64,000 nucleotides of DNA from Protoeuglena noctilucae (GCA_958009085.1 OY253682.1:558001-622000), one strand, 5' to 3'. Numbered from the stretch's first letter, positions 48,501 through 61,872 are shown. Made by a program: numbers and translations. The notes: generated by a model not told the origin, from the letters alone.

Positions 48501-51500
48501 GATGCAGGGCGGAGGGGTGACGGGCCCGGTGCCCTAAACAATATCTTACACGTCCGTGGGCCTCTGACAACGCAGCCAGCCTCTTGTCAGCATGATCGCC
48601 AATCAACACCAATGCAGCCAGCGCTCAGTCAACACTGCCACACCTGCCGCTCGAAGGACTGAGAGAACTTCTCGTCGTCTTTGTGCTCCTCCAGCTCGCT
48701 GATGAGCGCCTGGGCCGTCGGCGCGAAGAGCTCCCGGAAGGCGAGGTGGGTGTCGCAGAAGCGCACTGTGGGAGGGGGACAGAGAGCAAGGTGTGGGTCA
48801 TGTGAACGTCACAGTCTAGTCACTACTCACCGCACATGACGATGGCCATATCATCCACGGTGCTGCCGAGGGTTCCTTCGGACCAACCAAAGACCCTCAT
48901 CCCACACGTGACCTCGGCTCACCGCACATGACGATGACCATGGCGTTGTCGGTGTTGCTCTCAAAGGTATTGGCCCGGATGAACTGCACCGCCTGACGGC
49001 ACGCCTCCCTCTGGATGGTCTTGGGCAGGCGCGTGAAGAAGAGTACCATGCACAGGGCGAACTCACGCTGAGCGCCGCCCAGCTGCGAGGGGAACAGCGA
49101 ACCGGCGCCACGGCCGCTGCCGGCGCCCTCCCCTCGCTCGGCCGGCTCTGAGGTGTCCAGGTTGGAAAGCAGGGCAAACACACGGGACAGGAACTCGCTC
49201 GCCCAACTCTCGAGCTCCATGGGCAGGCGGGGGGTGTCCCTGCGAGCGAGGGGTGGGACGAGGGTCGTCGCCACAGGTACCGATGTGTCAGGTACTACCA
49301 CAGCCATGCGGGCTTGTCGTCATGTACATGACATATTGTTACGTTTTCATCACACGACCCTGACCCTGACCACCCCTGCATCTCTGCCGACCCACCGTGT
49401 GCCCCACCTACCCCCATCGCACCTGTGTTGTTCCGGGATGTCCTCCTCAGGTACGCTCTCGTCCGCGATGCACGGCAGCGAGGCGAAAAGCTTTCCCAGA
49501 AAGACAAATGCCTCGTTGGTTTTTCCAAGGTCGTTGGCATCCAGGCACAAGAGCAGCTCTGTCATGGCCTGGGCGATGAGGCGGAGAGCCATGGGACGTT
49601 GGAAGGTGCGCAAGGCGGGCAGCGTGGTTCTGAGGTAAAAGGGGGAGGGGTGACACGCTGTTGTTGCATGGTGCGACCATCGCAGTGGCTGCGAGCGAGC
49701 CGCGCCGCTTGCAGTGGCAGGGGCTGGGATGTAGGGCAGGCGAGGTGGCTCCGCAACAGGTGGGCCCACGGCTGGTGCAGCTGGTACCCTGCAAACCTTG
49801 CTATAGATGTTCGTTATGCATTCGCCGCCATGCCTCACGTGTGCTCTCCCGTTAGGGCTTCGGCCAAATCCAAGGACGGCTCCGTGCCCGTGCTAATGAC
49901 CCTGGGCCCCTCCGTGGCGCTGATGCCGACCAGCCCCGTCTCGGGCGCGATACCGGCCACCAGCATCGGCCGCAGGGCGTGGGTGAGGGCCTGCGGGAGG
50001 GTGCCGTCACGAAGTGGTGGGTCTCAGGCGCCCCGCAGCGCAGTCCTAGCAAGAAACATGGACTTCATAGTCCTATTACCATGTAAGTTGGTGGGAGTAG
50101 ATGCACTAGCCGTGCCTCACCTGGATGGATCGCGTAAGCTGGTGGGAGGCGGCGATGGCGGTGAGGGAGTCGGCAAATCGCTGCACGACCATGGGGAACA
50201 CGCGTTCCGGCACCAGGTGGACGATGTTCTCGAGGACGCTCGCGGCCGTGGATGACAGGGAGCTGCTCTTGCTGAACATGGCGCGCTCGCACAGGCGCAG
50301 GATCTGCGAGCGCCATGGGGAGGTGAGCGGGGTGGGCGGGTCGTGTTTCATGTACAAGCTAGGTGCGACACAAGTGGATTTGATGTGCCCTCGAATCACA
50401 AAATCCGAGCCCCTCGCCTGGTTGGCGCAGAATCGCGCGACGCTGGCGGGCACCATGGCGCTCTCGGCCACGTCCTCGACGCAGGGCTTGTGCCCCTGGA
50501 TGCGATTCCTGGCCTCGGCGACGAGGTGGCTCTCGAGGGTGCTAATGAAGGAGTCGCAGAAGCGGAGAATGGAGGTGGTCCACGCGCCCTCGTTGCCCGG
50601 GTGCGCGTAGTGCTCCAGCTGCGCACGGGACATGAGGTGACACGAGGTGACAAGAGGTGGCTGGAAGGGTGGTTCCTAGCGGTGCTGACTTGTAACGCGG
50701 TGCTGGCCGTGCCTCCGAGCATGCCTCAACAGTTGAGCCTATCCAGTCACCATCGCCCATGCCCCTCACCAGCGTGACCATGCGTCCCAGGGCCTGTGGC
50801 GCCTGGGAGCACCGGCCCATGAGGCAGGCGAGGATGTTGGCGAAGGTGCGCTCCAGGGACTGGTGCTTGCCACCGTAGATGAAGCTGACGCTGTGGGGCA
50901 CCGGGGCGCCCTGGGGCTCCTTGCCGTCCGCCATGCCCACCGGCTGCGGGCGAGAACCGAGTGATGGGGTGCGTGAGTGTCGCGCTCAAATCAAAGCAAC
51001 AACACAGCAACCGTAATGGATCAAGACTCAGCGATATCAAGCACATGCGAGGACGACGAGATTGTGAAACGTGCTGTGAAGGAGATGCGACTGCCGAGCC
51101 GGATGCCGGCCATCGCACAGACGACCACAGAAGCCCACGCGCCCTGCCCTACCCTGCCCGACTCGCCATGTTGTAGGCGTGCAGGAACAGCCCACATATG
51201 TCCGCGCCGTGCGTCTCCCAGTCGATGGAGTTCTTCCGGTCGTCACGCAGGGTCCGCCAAAGCAGCTCGGCCCACCGGGCGGTCCAGTAGTGGCAGATGG
51301 GGATCTCGCGGCACAGGGCCAGCCAATCGCGGATCCAGTCGTCCCAAGGGGCAGCGCCAGGGGCACGGTACAGCTCGGGCGTGGGCAGGAACACCACCAG
51401 CAGCGACAGCGCATGGAAGGCCGTGTCCTGCGATGCGTGGGGCGGCAGTTCGAATGTGGAGGGAATGACATGGGGCAGCACAGCGTGACGAGGTCACCAG

Positions 51501-52212
51501 GTGAGAGGGTCACCGGGTCGCAGGTGCGGGCTGAGGTGGTGCATGCATCACTCACCTGGTTGACGGGTCGCAGGTGCGGGCTGAGGTGGTCGACGATCTC
51601 CTTGGCGCTTCCGATCGGGAAGAATGGGCGCAGCTTGCTTGTGAGGGACACGATGACGTCGCACAGCTCCTGCGAGGGCGGGCTGCCTGCATGGAGCCCA
51701 CCGCCCACGCACCGCGCATCGCAAGGCGCATGCAGGCCCTGGCAACGCACACAGCCCACCTGTTGCGACTGGAGCGGCGTGACTCCCGAGGGCGAGCGGA
51801 TGCACCTCTTGCAGAAGAGCTCGAACAGCGGGCGCCAGGGCACCTCGATCGTGCCGTGCAAGAGGCGTTTGTAGACGTTGAGGACGTCGGTGACGGACGA
51901 GCCCACGAAACTGATGAAGCGCGCATCAAGGTCTTCGTCCAGGACCATCTCGACGCCCAGCTTGACGTAGGCGACAACGTCACGGACCCGGAACTCCGAA
52001 AGCGCCCCGCTCTGGGTGAGCGTCATGAGAGAGCCCACCAGCCGGTCCATGGAGATCTGGTGCTCCCCGAACGACGCGTAGTCGCCCGTCTTCGACTGCC
52101 GGTACAGGCGCTCGAGTCGGTAGACGCACGCGGCGAAGTGGGCGGCCTCGCTGTGCATGATGCGCTCGCGAAGGCCAGGCGGCGCCCACTCGACGGACAA
52201 GAGCGGCCGCAT
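42559..52212 (-). CDS. PSME4: Proteasome activator PA200/Blm10 (HEAT-repeat), many exons
   Basis: Motifs IEVPWRPLFEL, LRPFFP, LLVVFLP, LEHYAHPGNEGAWT, CLDANDLGKT, DVQKAATQCLAGLL, AFVIAYPYDVPDWM, ALSQFHKTH, and C-terminus TYFC* (the YYA/YFA-type tail). Start MRPLLSVEWAP at 52212. Confidence 0.92.
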
Positions 52213-52803
52213 GGCTGAGCGCGCCGCGACCTGCCCCGCCGCGGGCTCGGAATCTGCGAAGGTACGCTCAGCTATGGTAAGTACGCAGATCTTTGTCTGC
52301 ACGCTGAAGTGCCTGGCAAACGGCATTCTCCGATACGTAGGAAAACCATGAAACTCGCAGCTGCCGGAGGGCGAGCGGCGCCAGAGCACGGCAGGATGGG
52401 CACGCACGCCCTCAACGAGGGGGAGGGCCCAGGCGCGGCAGCCAGCGCAATTATACAGCGCAGCGGATGAGATCTCGACACATGGGATTTGTAGAACCAG
52501 GCGCGTGAATACTCGCCCGAGGAAGACGCGCGTTTGGGCGAGAACAGTTTGGCGAAGACGAACGCAAACCTATGCCCCGTTTGTCGGTCCTAGACCGTTT
52601 CAGTGGTCTCCAGTTGTTGTCGCAGCCGTCATTCTAAGGGTGCGCACCAGCAAGTGGCATGCAGGGTCCTCAGGTGCTGTCGTAAGTGAATTTGCAGTTT
52701 TCAAGGAGGTAGGGTTTAGGGAGGGCAACAGTCCCACGCGTCTTTCTGGTTCTACGCGATACCACTGAAGCCTGATTCTGTCCTCGTTGGCAACAAAACG
52801 CTG

Positions 52804-54059
52804 ATGCTCGCAACCGCTGCCGCTGCTGCTGTCGCAGCAGCCCGTGGGGCATGTTTGCCGGTAGCGTGGTGTCGCATGGTGGCCTCTGCCACGGGGAGGC
52901 AGGGGTGAGCGTGGCGCTGGGCCTTCGACCTTCACCGGTATCTCAGCGACTCACCCGGTGCCGTCCCGATGCCACGGCAGGCTAGCGATTCCCGAGCTTG
53001 ACGCGGGCGCCATCGCCGCCGAGGCATTGGAGCGGATGGTGGTCCGTTCGCCGACGCCGACCGGCGGGCCTGCGTCACAGGAGACAAGCGGGCAAGAGCC
53101 GGGCGCGGGACGACACCCTCTCCTCATCAGGGGCCTCTGCGCAGAGTGGCCCATTCGATCCCTCTTTAACACGGAGAAGGGCGGCGGCTTTGTTGAAGCC
53201 TTCCGCAAGCTGCCCGGGGACGAGGCGAGGCACACTGCTCATGAGCTATGGCGCTGAATGATCATGGCGTTGAGCAGAAGATGCCCGAGCTATAGCGCTG
53301 CATGCTGGGCTGGCGTTGAGCAGAGCAGGCCCAGCATGCTCGGAGTCCCCGACCCCGCAGGCGGAGTCGTTGCTGCAGCACCGCGTCCCCGTGGAGGCGT
53401 CGATCCGAGGCGGTGACTACCGCGACCACTTCCTGCCCGGGAGCGTCGTCCGCAGCGCGGCGAGTGGCCCGCCCGCGCCTGGGCAGGAGCGGCGGTTCGA
53501 GGCGGGCGTGGTGGTGCCCCTGAGCCACTTGCTCGAGCACATCGACGCCGTAAGGCGCGGCCAGGGCGGGGCGGGGTCGCCGGAGCAGCGTGAAAGAGAG
53601 CCGCTGCTCCTGTACCTCGCACAGCACGATCTTGTCGGCGATCCCGGCCTGGCGCCCATCCTGCAGCGCGTGCATCCCCCGCCGTTCCGGTCTCTCATCG
53701 ACCGCGTCGACAGGGTCAATGTCTGGCTGGGGCCTCAAGGCACCGTGTCGCCCCTGCACCGGGACCCGTACGACAACGTGCTGTGCCAGGCCGTCGGGGT
53801 CAAGTCAGTGGCCCTGGTGGGCCCCGCGCACGCACACGCCGTGCGCGCCTACGCGGAGTCCGAGAGCCGCGTGCTGAGGAACACGTCTCGGCTGGACGTG
53901 CCAGACCCACGCCACATGGCGTCACAGGAGCCATTTGCCAACGCCGAGGTGCTGCAAGGGGTCCTGCGCGCCGGCGACGCGCTCTATGTGCCACGCGGGT
54001 GGTTCCACGTCATACGCGCCGAAACAAGCAGCCTCTCTGTCAGCTTCTGGTGGACCTGA
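52804..54059 (+). CDS. JmjC/cupin-8 2OG-Fe(II) oxygenase (JMJD5/KDM8-like)
   Basis: Exons 52804-~52904, 52981-53224, 53361-54059. Motifs PLLIRGLCAEWP, YLAQHDL, NVWLGPQGTVSPLHRDPYDNVLCQ and YVPRGWFH give the HxD...H triad. The N-terminus is Ala/Arg-rich and transit-like. Confidence 0.9.
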
Positions 54060-54117
54060 CGGTCGCTGCTTATGGCATGCGTACTATCTGATCGCACCCT
54101 TGAAAATAAGCGGCGCG

Positions 54118-57100
54118 CTATCGCTTGGCAGCTGCGCTGCCCGCGCCGCGACTCCTGCTGCGGGCTGGCGGTGGGTTTGAGCCAGATGAAGCGCCTCGCG
54201 TATGGCCCGCACCCCTGCTCCCCGCTGCACCCCCGACGCCGGGCGCCTCCCCAATGGACCTCCTACCCTGTCTCGCCGGCAAGGGAGCCCCCGAAGGTGC
54301 CAGGCGCTCGACGCCCGCACCGGCGCGGTCGTTGGTGCCGGCCATCATGCCCGGCAACACGCTGGCGAGGGTGGCCAGCGCCGCCATCCCCGCGTTCCGC
54401 TCCTCCTCCACGTTGCGGGAACCGGACATCAGCGACGTGGCCCCAGGAGGGCGCTGGAAGGGTCGGTCGGGCTTGTGCGACTCGTCCTCCTGGCCCCACC
54501 GGCTCCGCCGCCGCTCCCTCTGAGCCTGGCCCCCACCCGCCGCCTCCCGCATCGCCCGCGCCATCGACCGCCCCGGCAGCTGCACGCCCCCTTGGGGTGC
54601 CGCCCACGCTGCCTCAGAGCCTGTCGAGGCAAACTGCCCGCTCGGCCTCTGCCGGTCTCCCTCGGACGCTCCCGACTCCGCATCGTCTGCCATCGCGTCC
54701 AGCTCTCTCTGCACCGCCGCGAGCAGCCGGTCCAACACCGCCGCGCTCGCCACGCCGTCCGGCAGCCACGACCCCCCGACGCCCCCAGCGGGCGCGTTTG
54801 CGGCGAACTGCACCCGGCGGTCGGGGGACCGCCGCGACGCTCGCCCCTCGCCACCCTGGCCGGGCGATGCGTCCAGCTCCGTTCTTTGATGCTCCGCGCG
54901 CATCTCCAATAGGCCCATCTCCATGCCCAGCTGCTGCGGCTGCTGCACCCCGGCACGCGTTTCAGGACCGCCCATGCCTCTGTCACCGGTCAGGTCTACA
55001 TCTCTCAAGTCGTCGTCGTCCTCCAGCCCTGCACCAGTGCCCAGCCATCGCTCGCCGTCGCCCGGCCCGGGCGCACCGGGCTGCAGCTGGGACCAGCTGA
55101 GGGCCCCCGCCTCCGCCCACGGAGCCTGGTGCTGCAGCAGGGCACGCGACTGCGCCAGCAACTGAGTCAGCTCCTCACGGAGGGCGTCCGCGTCCGTCAT
55201 GAGCGCACGCATCACGCCGGGTGGGCCATCGGACGGGGCAGCCGATGAGCCGGGAGCGTCCTGACCAGGGCCGCTGTGGATTGCCTCCATGGCGGCGAGG
55301 GAAGCGCCCGCGAACCGGGTGCCCACAGAATCGCTCCCACGCACGTAGCCTCCACCCACGCCTGCCGCACCGGGTGTCGCACCGGTGGGGGAACGGCGAG
55401 GGCGGTTGCCCGCTCTGCTGCTCGTCGGAGGGGCGCCGGATGCCGGGCCCACCCTGGCGGCCCCCGATTGCGATGAGGGCAACTCGGATATGGCGGCATG
55501 TCTGCTTGGCGGCGCGTCTTTTGACATCCCTGGCCGCCGAGGTGAGGAGCTCGTCGGGGCCACGCCGGACTGCACCATGGCGCGCACGGCGCTTGCCAGG
55601 TCGTCCAGCTGGGCTTGCCGGTTTGTAATGGCCGCCGCAGCCACCTGCGACGTACAGCGGATTGCCGGCGTCTGTCACCTGGAGCCATGCCGCACAGCAC
55701 ATGCGCAAGCGGTGGCAACAACATCGAGCTGATACTTTGGTGTAAACTGCCCGCTCTCTCACCTGTCTCCGCAAACCGCGCGCCTCTTTCTCCGACTCCC
55801 CTGCCAGGTCTCGCAGCCGCTGCACCTCTCGATCCGCCCCGTCCCGGATCTGGCTCAGCAGCACGAGGATCTCTGAAACGTTCGAAGACATGCGGCCGAG
55901 TGCCTCGGCGCTGGAGCTCTCCACGCGGCCGGCAGCAGCTGCGGAGGACGGGGCCACCCCGGGATCGTTTGTCGCCTAACTCTGGCGAGGCACCACAGCC
56001 GCCAGCGCCGTCGCAAAGGGGTCTCACCGTCCGTGCGCTCGGCATGCGCCGCAAGCAGGGCCTCCAGGCTGCCCTGGAGCTCTTCCTTGAGCCGCGCGAG
56101 GTGCTCCCTCAGCTCTCGCTGCGCCGTGGCCCGGTCCTCCACCAGGGTCGTGGCGGCCTGCAGGCGCTCCTCCGCCCGCACCAGCGCCTCCGCCTGCTCT
56201 CGCACCACGCGGTCTCGCTCGTCCACGGCCCGCTCCAACTCGGCGACGCGGGCGCCTCTCGCCTGCAGAAGCAAGCACAGGCCGTCATGTGAGACGTCAC
56301 TTCGGTGGTGCCTGGACACCACAGACGAGCAATTCTAACTACTCCAACCTCTCCCGCAGAGCCACGCACCTCCACGACCCCCGTCAGCTTGGTGCGCTCC
56401 GCGAGCAGGTCAGCCACCCTGTGCTGCAAGGCGCTGGACCCCAGCGTGGCCTCCTGCACCATCTTTGTGTGCAGCTCACGCAGGTCCCGGACGCTGCGAG
56501 AAGGAAAGCAGCGTTTGCGAACGAGAGCATTCCACCGAACACAGTGTATCTGACTCTACACCACACACAGCCGTGATCCGCCCAATCGTACCTGGCAAAG
56601 AGGTCGTTGAATCTGCCCTGCAGCTGCCGCAGCTCGTCCGTGTTCCTTTCCATGTCCGTCTTGTACCCCAGCATGTCCTCTGTGACGGTCAGACCCACGT
56701 CTGCCGTCCTGCAGGGGCAGGGGGGCTGAGGGGTGCGAATGGCGACACAGCGATTGTGGTCAGGGGAAACCCACTCCGCACATGCTGCACCCACACCTGC
56801 GGAGTTTCCTCTCCCACTCCCTCGCCCGGCTCAGGACGTCGTCGACCACGTTTGCCCACCGCATGTCCGCGCACGTCCCGACCAACGCCGCTGCCTCCAG
56901 CACCCCCTCCACCTCGCCTGCGTCGGGGATGGCGACCCTGGGACCCAAGGCCGCGCGCCCGGCGCCAGTGCGGCCGTGCGTCGGTGCGGCGTCGCCGGCG
57001 ATGTTGAGCGTGGCCACGACTCCCTTCAGCCGAGTGATCTCGCGCATCAGGAACTCCCGGGAAGCCCCGTGAACCACGTCGGCCTCGGCGATGCGGAGGC

Positions 57101-57765
57101 GTTGGTCCACGAGGCCCCGGATAACCTCGTCGATCTGACGCTGACCCTCGCGGGTGAGGTGCAGGGGAGGCTCCAGCGCAGGCGGCGCGGTGGCCGCTTG
57201 TTGCGGTGGCCCTGCAATCAGCCGGGGGTGGGTGGTGTGCGGATGGTGCGGTGTGTGGTCGGTGACGCAAACGGCTAAGAAGGACGCCGTGTGGCGCTCA
57301 GGAGGTCGGCTTCTCACTCGTGGCCGCCTGACGGTCCTTCATGTCCGATATGGCCTCGCGCAGCAAGGACCAGAGCGCGTCACGTGTCTTGTCCGCCTCC
57401 CTGCGCGCACGAAACCGGCGTCCTCTAGGCTCTGCAAGTACTCTGATACCTAAATGGCTGAGGAGCGACTAGAAAAGCGCGAGAGGCGGGTACCTGAGGT
57501 CGTCCACGAGGCGCTGGCTCCGCTGGACGCCCTTGGACGCCTTGAGGGACGCAATCTCCTCCTTCAGCTCCTGCTGGGCGGCTATGGATGATTTCAATCG
57601 GCCTTTAACGTCGAGATATCCTTGGACGAGGTCTTGCACGCATCCCGCGAGGCGCTGAGAGCGTGCAGATGCTTTCCGGCTCGCATCGCGCCAGCGCGCG
57701 AACCAGGCCGGCTCGCGCGCGATGACCTCGCCCCCCAGCTCCTCATGCTCGCGCGTCAACACCAT
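54118..57765 (-). CDS. Hypothetical coiled-coil protein with a long disordered C-terminus, multi-exon
   Basis: Successive minus-strand ORF segments with heptad character (QQELKEEIASLK, RVAELERAVDERDRVVREQAEAL, EVQRLRDLAGESEKEARGLRR) are flanked by splice-like sites. Exon structure and ends are approximate. Confidence 0.6.
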
Positions 57766-58043
57766 GGTTCACGCCCTCGCTAGCGCGAATCGGCGGTCAA
57801 GCCAGCAATTGTCATGAGGTGGACACAGCGAGGCAGTATTCGAAACGTGGTTGCTCAAGTATCTCGCCACCGCATCCAAAACCTTCAACGCTGGGAGCAC
57901 TATCGAATGTCCCTTGCGGTTTGGAGCGCGACGCGCACTGCTGTCAGCCGTCATGACGTGCATGGTTCGCTGCAGCACAAGCGGCCTCTCTAGAGCTCGC
58001 GGGAAGCCTTAAGTCTTGCTCGTTGCAGCACGTCACGGCACAA

Positions 58044-59989
58044 CTAACACCGCACGGCGATGCGCGGGATGGCCCACAACGCCCGCACACCCTCACCCCC
58101 CACATGACTGCACTCCTCCAGCCGCACGTAGTGCAGGTGGGGCAGGGTGGCCAAGAACTGCGCGACGCCGTGGTCGGTGACGGCCCGGCACCGGGAGAGG
58201 TCCAGCACCCGTAGCGCGGTGAGCGACTGAAGGCAGGACAGACCCGCGTCCGAGATGGCAGTCGACGCGACGTCCAGTCTGGTCAGCGCCGTCAGGCCGC
58301 GCAAGTGGGCGAACGCGGCGCCCGTGACGCGGGAGCACTGCGCGAGCTCGAGCTCCCGAAGCCGGGCCAGGCCGCGCAGGGATGCAAGGCCGGCGTCCGT
58401 AAGGGACACGCACAGGCTCAGCAGCAGGACCTGCAGCGACGTCAGCCCCGCGAGCGACGCGAGGCCATCGTCAGAGACACCCGGGCAGTCCCGCAGTGAA
58501 AGCTCCTCGATGCCCTGACAGCCTGACAGCGACCCGAGATCGGCATCGCACAGGCCGCGAGCGCTCTCCAAGTTGAGGCGCCGCAGGGCACTGAGCGAAG
58601 CAATGCCATGTATGCTCGGTCTCGACGTTTCCGCCGCCTGCAGATCTGTCAAACGCGTCAGCGCCGTGACTCGGCTCAGCCCCGTGCCCTGGCACACGAG
58701 GCCCCCGATGTCCAGCTGCTCCAGTGTCCTCAGCTCCCCCACTTGCGCCAGCGCCCCGTCTGTCAAGCGCCGGCACTTCCACAGAGAGAGTGACCGGAGG
58801 CGCGGGAGCGTCCGGAGCGCCGCCAAGCCCCCGTCGGTGATGCGCTCACAGACGGAGAGGTCGAGGTTTGTCAGCCCCCTCAGGCTGCCCACGTGCGCCA
58901 GCCCCGCGTCTGTGACGGCGGTGCCGGCCAGGCTGAGGGCCTGCAGCGGCAGCTGCGGTAGGCGCTCGACCGCCGCGTCCGTCACGCGGCGGCAAATTGA
59001 CAGCCGGAGGGACGTCAGCTTGGGGCAGGTCGACGCCAGCGCCTTGACGCCCACGTCACCGACATCCGTGCGGGAGAGGTCCAGCTCGCACAGCCCCGGC
59101 GGCAGGTGCGCGACTGCACTGTCCCCGACGCGGCCGCAGTCGCGCAGCACCAGCGACGTCAGGCCGGCCAAGCGCTGGACGCTCGCCATGCCCGCCGACA
59201 TGACGTGCGCCGACCCCGAGAGGTCCAAGCTCTGGAGACGCCTGAGCCGCATCAAGTGGCCCACACCCGCGTCCGTGATGTCCAGCGGACGAGCCCGGGG
59301 TGCGATCACGTCCTGGTGAGGGCTGGCGTCGCGGCTGCGCGAGCGAGCCGCCAGGACGAGGTGGCGCAGGGTGGTAACGCGCCCCAAGCTCTGCAGGCCA
59401 CGGTCAGTGACATTGCACCCGGCCAGGTCCAGCGATTCCAGCGCGGAGAGGGACGCCAGGTGGTCTAGGCCTGCGTCCGTCACATCCTCGGCACACGCCA
59501 CGGACAGGTGCCGCAGAGCTCGGGTCTTCACTGCCACGATGCGGAGTGCCTTGTCCGTCGCGACGGTGCACCACGAGAGATCCACATGCGTGGCATGCGG
59601 CCCCAGAACTGCGCCAAGCCGCTCGCACGTCAGGAGATGCTCGAGTCCGTCATCCACAAAGCTGTACCGCGAAAGGACCTTCCTGAGTGTGCGTGGCGCT
59701 GAGGATGGCTCGCGTTGCATGCCACGCAGCTGTCTTGCTGCCACTGGACCAGCCTCTCACCCGCCGTCGGCAGCGTCCCTCAGCCTCCTGCTTACAGCCG
59801 ACGCGCTCAGAACTGCCCGCACGCTCCCCGTGTGGCGGAGGATGCGCTCGATCAAGGTGGCTGGCAAGTCGTCCAGCGTGACCTGCGAATGCGCTGACAA
59901 CGGCGCGGTCTCTTGTATCGTCAGCGCGGCTGGCGGAGGGCTCGCTCGGGGCTTGTAACTACCTGCGCCTGTCCGTCCGTCCCCTCCAT
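58044..59989 (-). CDS. Leucine-rich-repeat protein (cysteine-containing/AMN1-FBXL type) with an F-box-like N-terminal motif
   Basis: About 19 LxxLxLxxCxxVTDxGL repeats in ORF 58044-59744; upstream exon VTLDDLPATLIERILRH...VSRRLR is F-box-like. The 5' splice structure is uncertain. Confidence 0.85.
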
Positions 59990-60275
59990 GATGAGAGGGC
60001 GACACTGCCTCACGCGATGTCAGCGGCAGCAACCAGTGCCACCAGTCAACACGAGAAGCTTTCGGAAACTCGTCGCCAGTCTCGCCGCTGCCAGAGCACC
60101 ACCAGGGAGCCCTGTTCCGCGCAAGGATCGTGTGCGAACGAGCGACTTTGCCAAGTCCTGCTCGCGGGGGCTGCCCTCGCGAGTCGCAGGGCAGCGAGGG
60201 CTGCGGGCATTTTAACGAAGGCTCGCGACCGAAGCAACGGATGGGCGAAGCCATCCAGCGCTCGAGGGGCCGGAC

Positions 60276-61721
60276 ATGGTGCTGTTGTATCACGAACGTC
60301 AAGTCGCCGCGCTCTGCGGCGTGCATTGCCTGAACACGCTGCTGCAGGTGCGCTGCGAGCAACGGCGTCGTCTCGTTTACTGTGCGCTCGCAGATCCGCG
60401 ACGCTTGACGTCTTGCGATGCGTGCAGGGTCCCTGGTTCAGCGAGGTGGAGCTCGCTCAGATCGCTAATGATCTCGACGCGAAAGAGGTGAGCGCAGCAA
60501 CGACGGCGAAGGCGCCGGGGTAGTCATGGCGTTTTCATACAATTGCTATGCTCTCCCTCCACACAGAAAGCACTGCTGGGAGGGAACGTGGAGGGCTGGG
60601 AGCACGCCAATTCCGCCATGGATGGTATGTTCTCGGTCCAGGTCCTGTCCGAGGCCCTGCAACAGTTTGGCCTGAGGATCGTGGGGCTACACCACCCGGA
60701 TCTGCGGGAGACTGCGGCCAAGCACCCCGAGAAGGAGGCGGCGTTCCTCGTCAATCTCCGCGAGCACTGGTTCACTATCCGGCGCGTGGAGGACGGCACC
60801 TTTTGGGACTTCAACTCTTTGCACCCGGCTCCCAAGAAGCTCTCAAACTTCTACGTGGCTGCGTACCTGAGCACCCTGGAGCAGCAGGGGTGGCAGATCT
60901 TCGTGGTGCAAGGCACCCTCCCGGACGTGCAGTACAACGGGCCGGGGCCGGGGCGGTGGGTGCGTGACGTGGACGCGGAGGCGGAGACCAAGTCCGCGGA
61001 GGGCGCCAGGCAGCAGGGATACCTCAAGGCGGCGCTCGAGGGGGCGCTGGTGAGGGCATGTGACACGAGACGCATGCCACACTAAAAGTGTTGTGCTGGG
61101 GCTGGCGCCGCCTGTGCGTATCTGCGTGCAGCGTGCGGACGTTTGGCTGTGCGACCGCGCCCGCAGGCCCGTGCGGACAAGGGGCAGGTGCTGTCGTCGG
61201 CAGTATCGGCTTCAAAGGACACCGAGGAGGACGACCTGGCTGCGGCCATCGCTGCGAGCCTGGAGGAGGACTCCGGGGCCGACGCGGACCTGAAGGCAGC
61301 CATCGCGGCCAGCCTGAGGGACGCCGAGGGGCACGGCGAGGCTGGGCCCAGCGGGGTGGGTGCCTTCGCTGGGGACTCGCCGGATCGCGACGCCCCGGCA
61401 GAGGCGTCTGGCGGGCTGGCGACGGCGCCAAGCCTCGACCGGGAGCGGGCGTGGAACGCGCAGCCGCCCGAGGGTGCGCCCTGTGTGGCGCTCGTGTTCC
61501 GCCTCCCGGGCAGCCGCCGCATCCAGCACCGTTTCCCGCCCGGGGCCACGGTGGGTGACGTCGCGAGGTTCCTGGCCATGGAGTCTGGCCTGGACATGCG
61601 GAGCCTTCAGCTGGTCAGGGCGTACCCGCGGCAGGTGGTGCGGTTGTCCGACGCGATGCTGACGCTGGCGGACGCGGGGATTCAAGACAAGGACAGCCTC
61701 ATCGTCGAAGAGATCAAGTGA
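60276..61721 (+). CDS. ATXN3: Ataxin-3-like Josephin deubiquitinase with two UIMs and a C-terminal UBX domain
   Basis: Exons 60276-60347, 60428-60487, 60567-61049, 61167-61721. Catalytic triad in YHERQVAALCGVHCLN, EHWFTIR and FNSL. UIMs EEDDLAAAIAASL and DADLKAAIAASL. UBX: FRLPGSRRIQHRF...YPRQ...LTLADAGI. Confidence 0.92.
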
Positions 61722-61872
61722 AGCAGCTCTGGAGCTGCAGGGAGCGAGCAGAGGAGAGCACGGCTCACGGCACGCGGCGGCCTCGTCCTAGCCACGCGCA
61801 TTGGCGGGCAACACTCAGATAGTCGCCGGTGCGAGCCGACGTAGACATGATTCTAGCTTTTGTGGAAATGAA

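Noticed and set aside
53243..53335. ~45-bp imperfect tandem duplication in the JmjC intron (gagctat.gcgctg.atg...tggcgttgagcaga twice)
   Set aside because: It has only two copies, lies inside an intron and has no spacers. This is an ordinary local duplication, not a CRISPR-like array.
42559..61721. Apparent ubiquitin-proteasome cluster (PA200, F-box/LRR, ataxin-3)
   Set aside because: The genes are interspersed with unrelated ones and belong to a large functional class, so chance proximity is a sufficient explanation.
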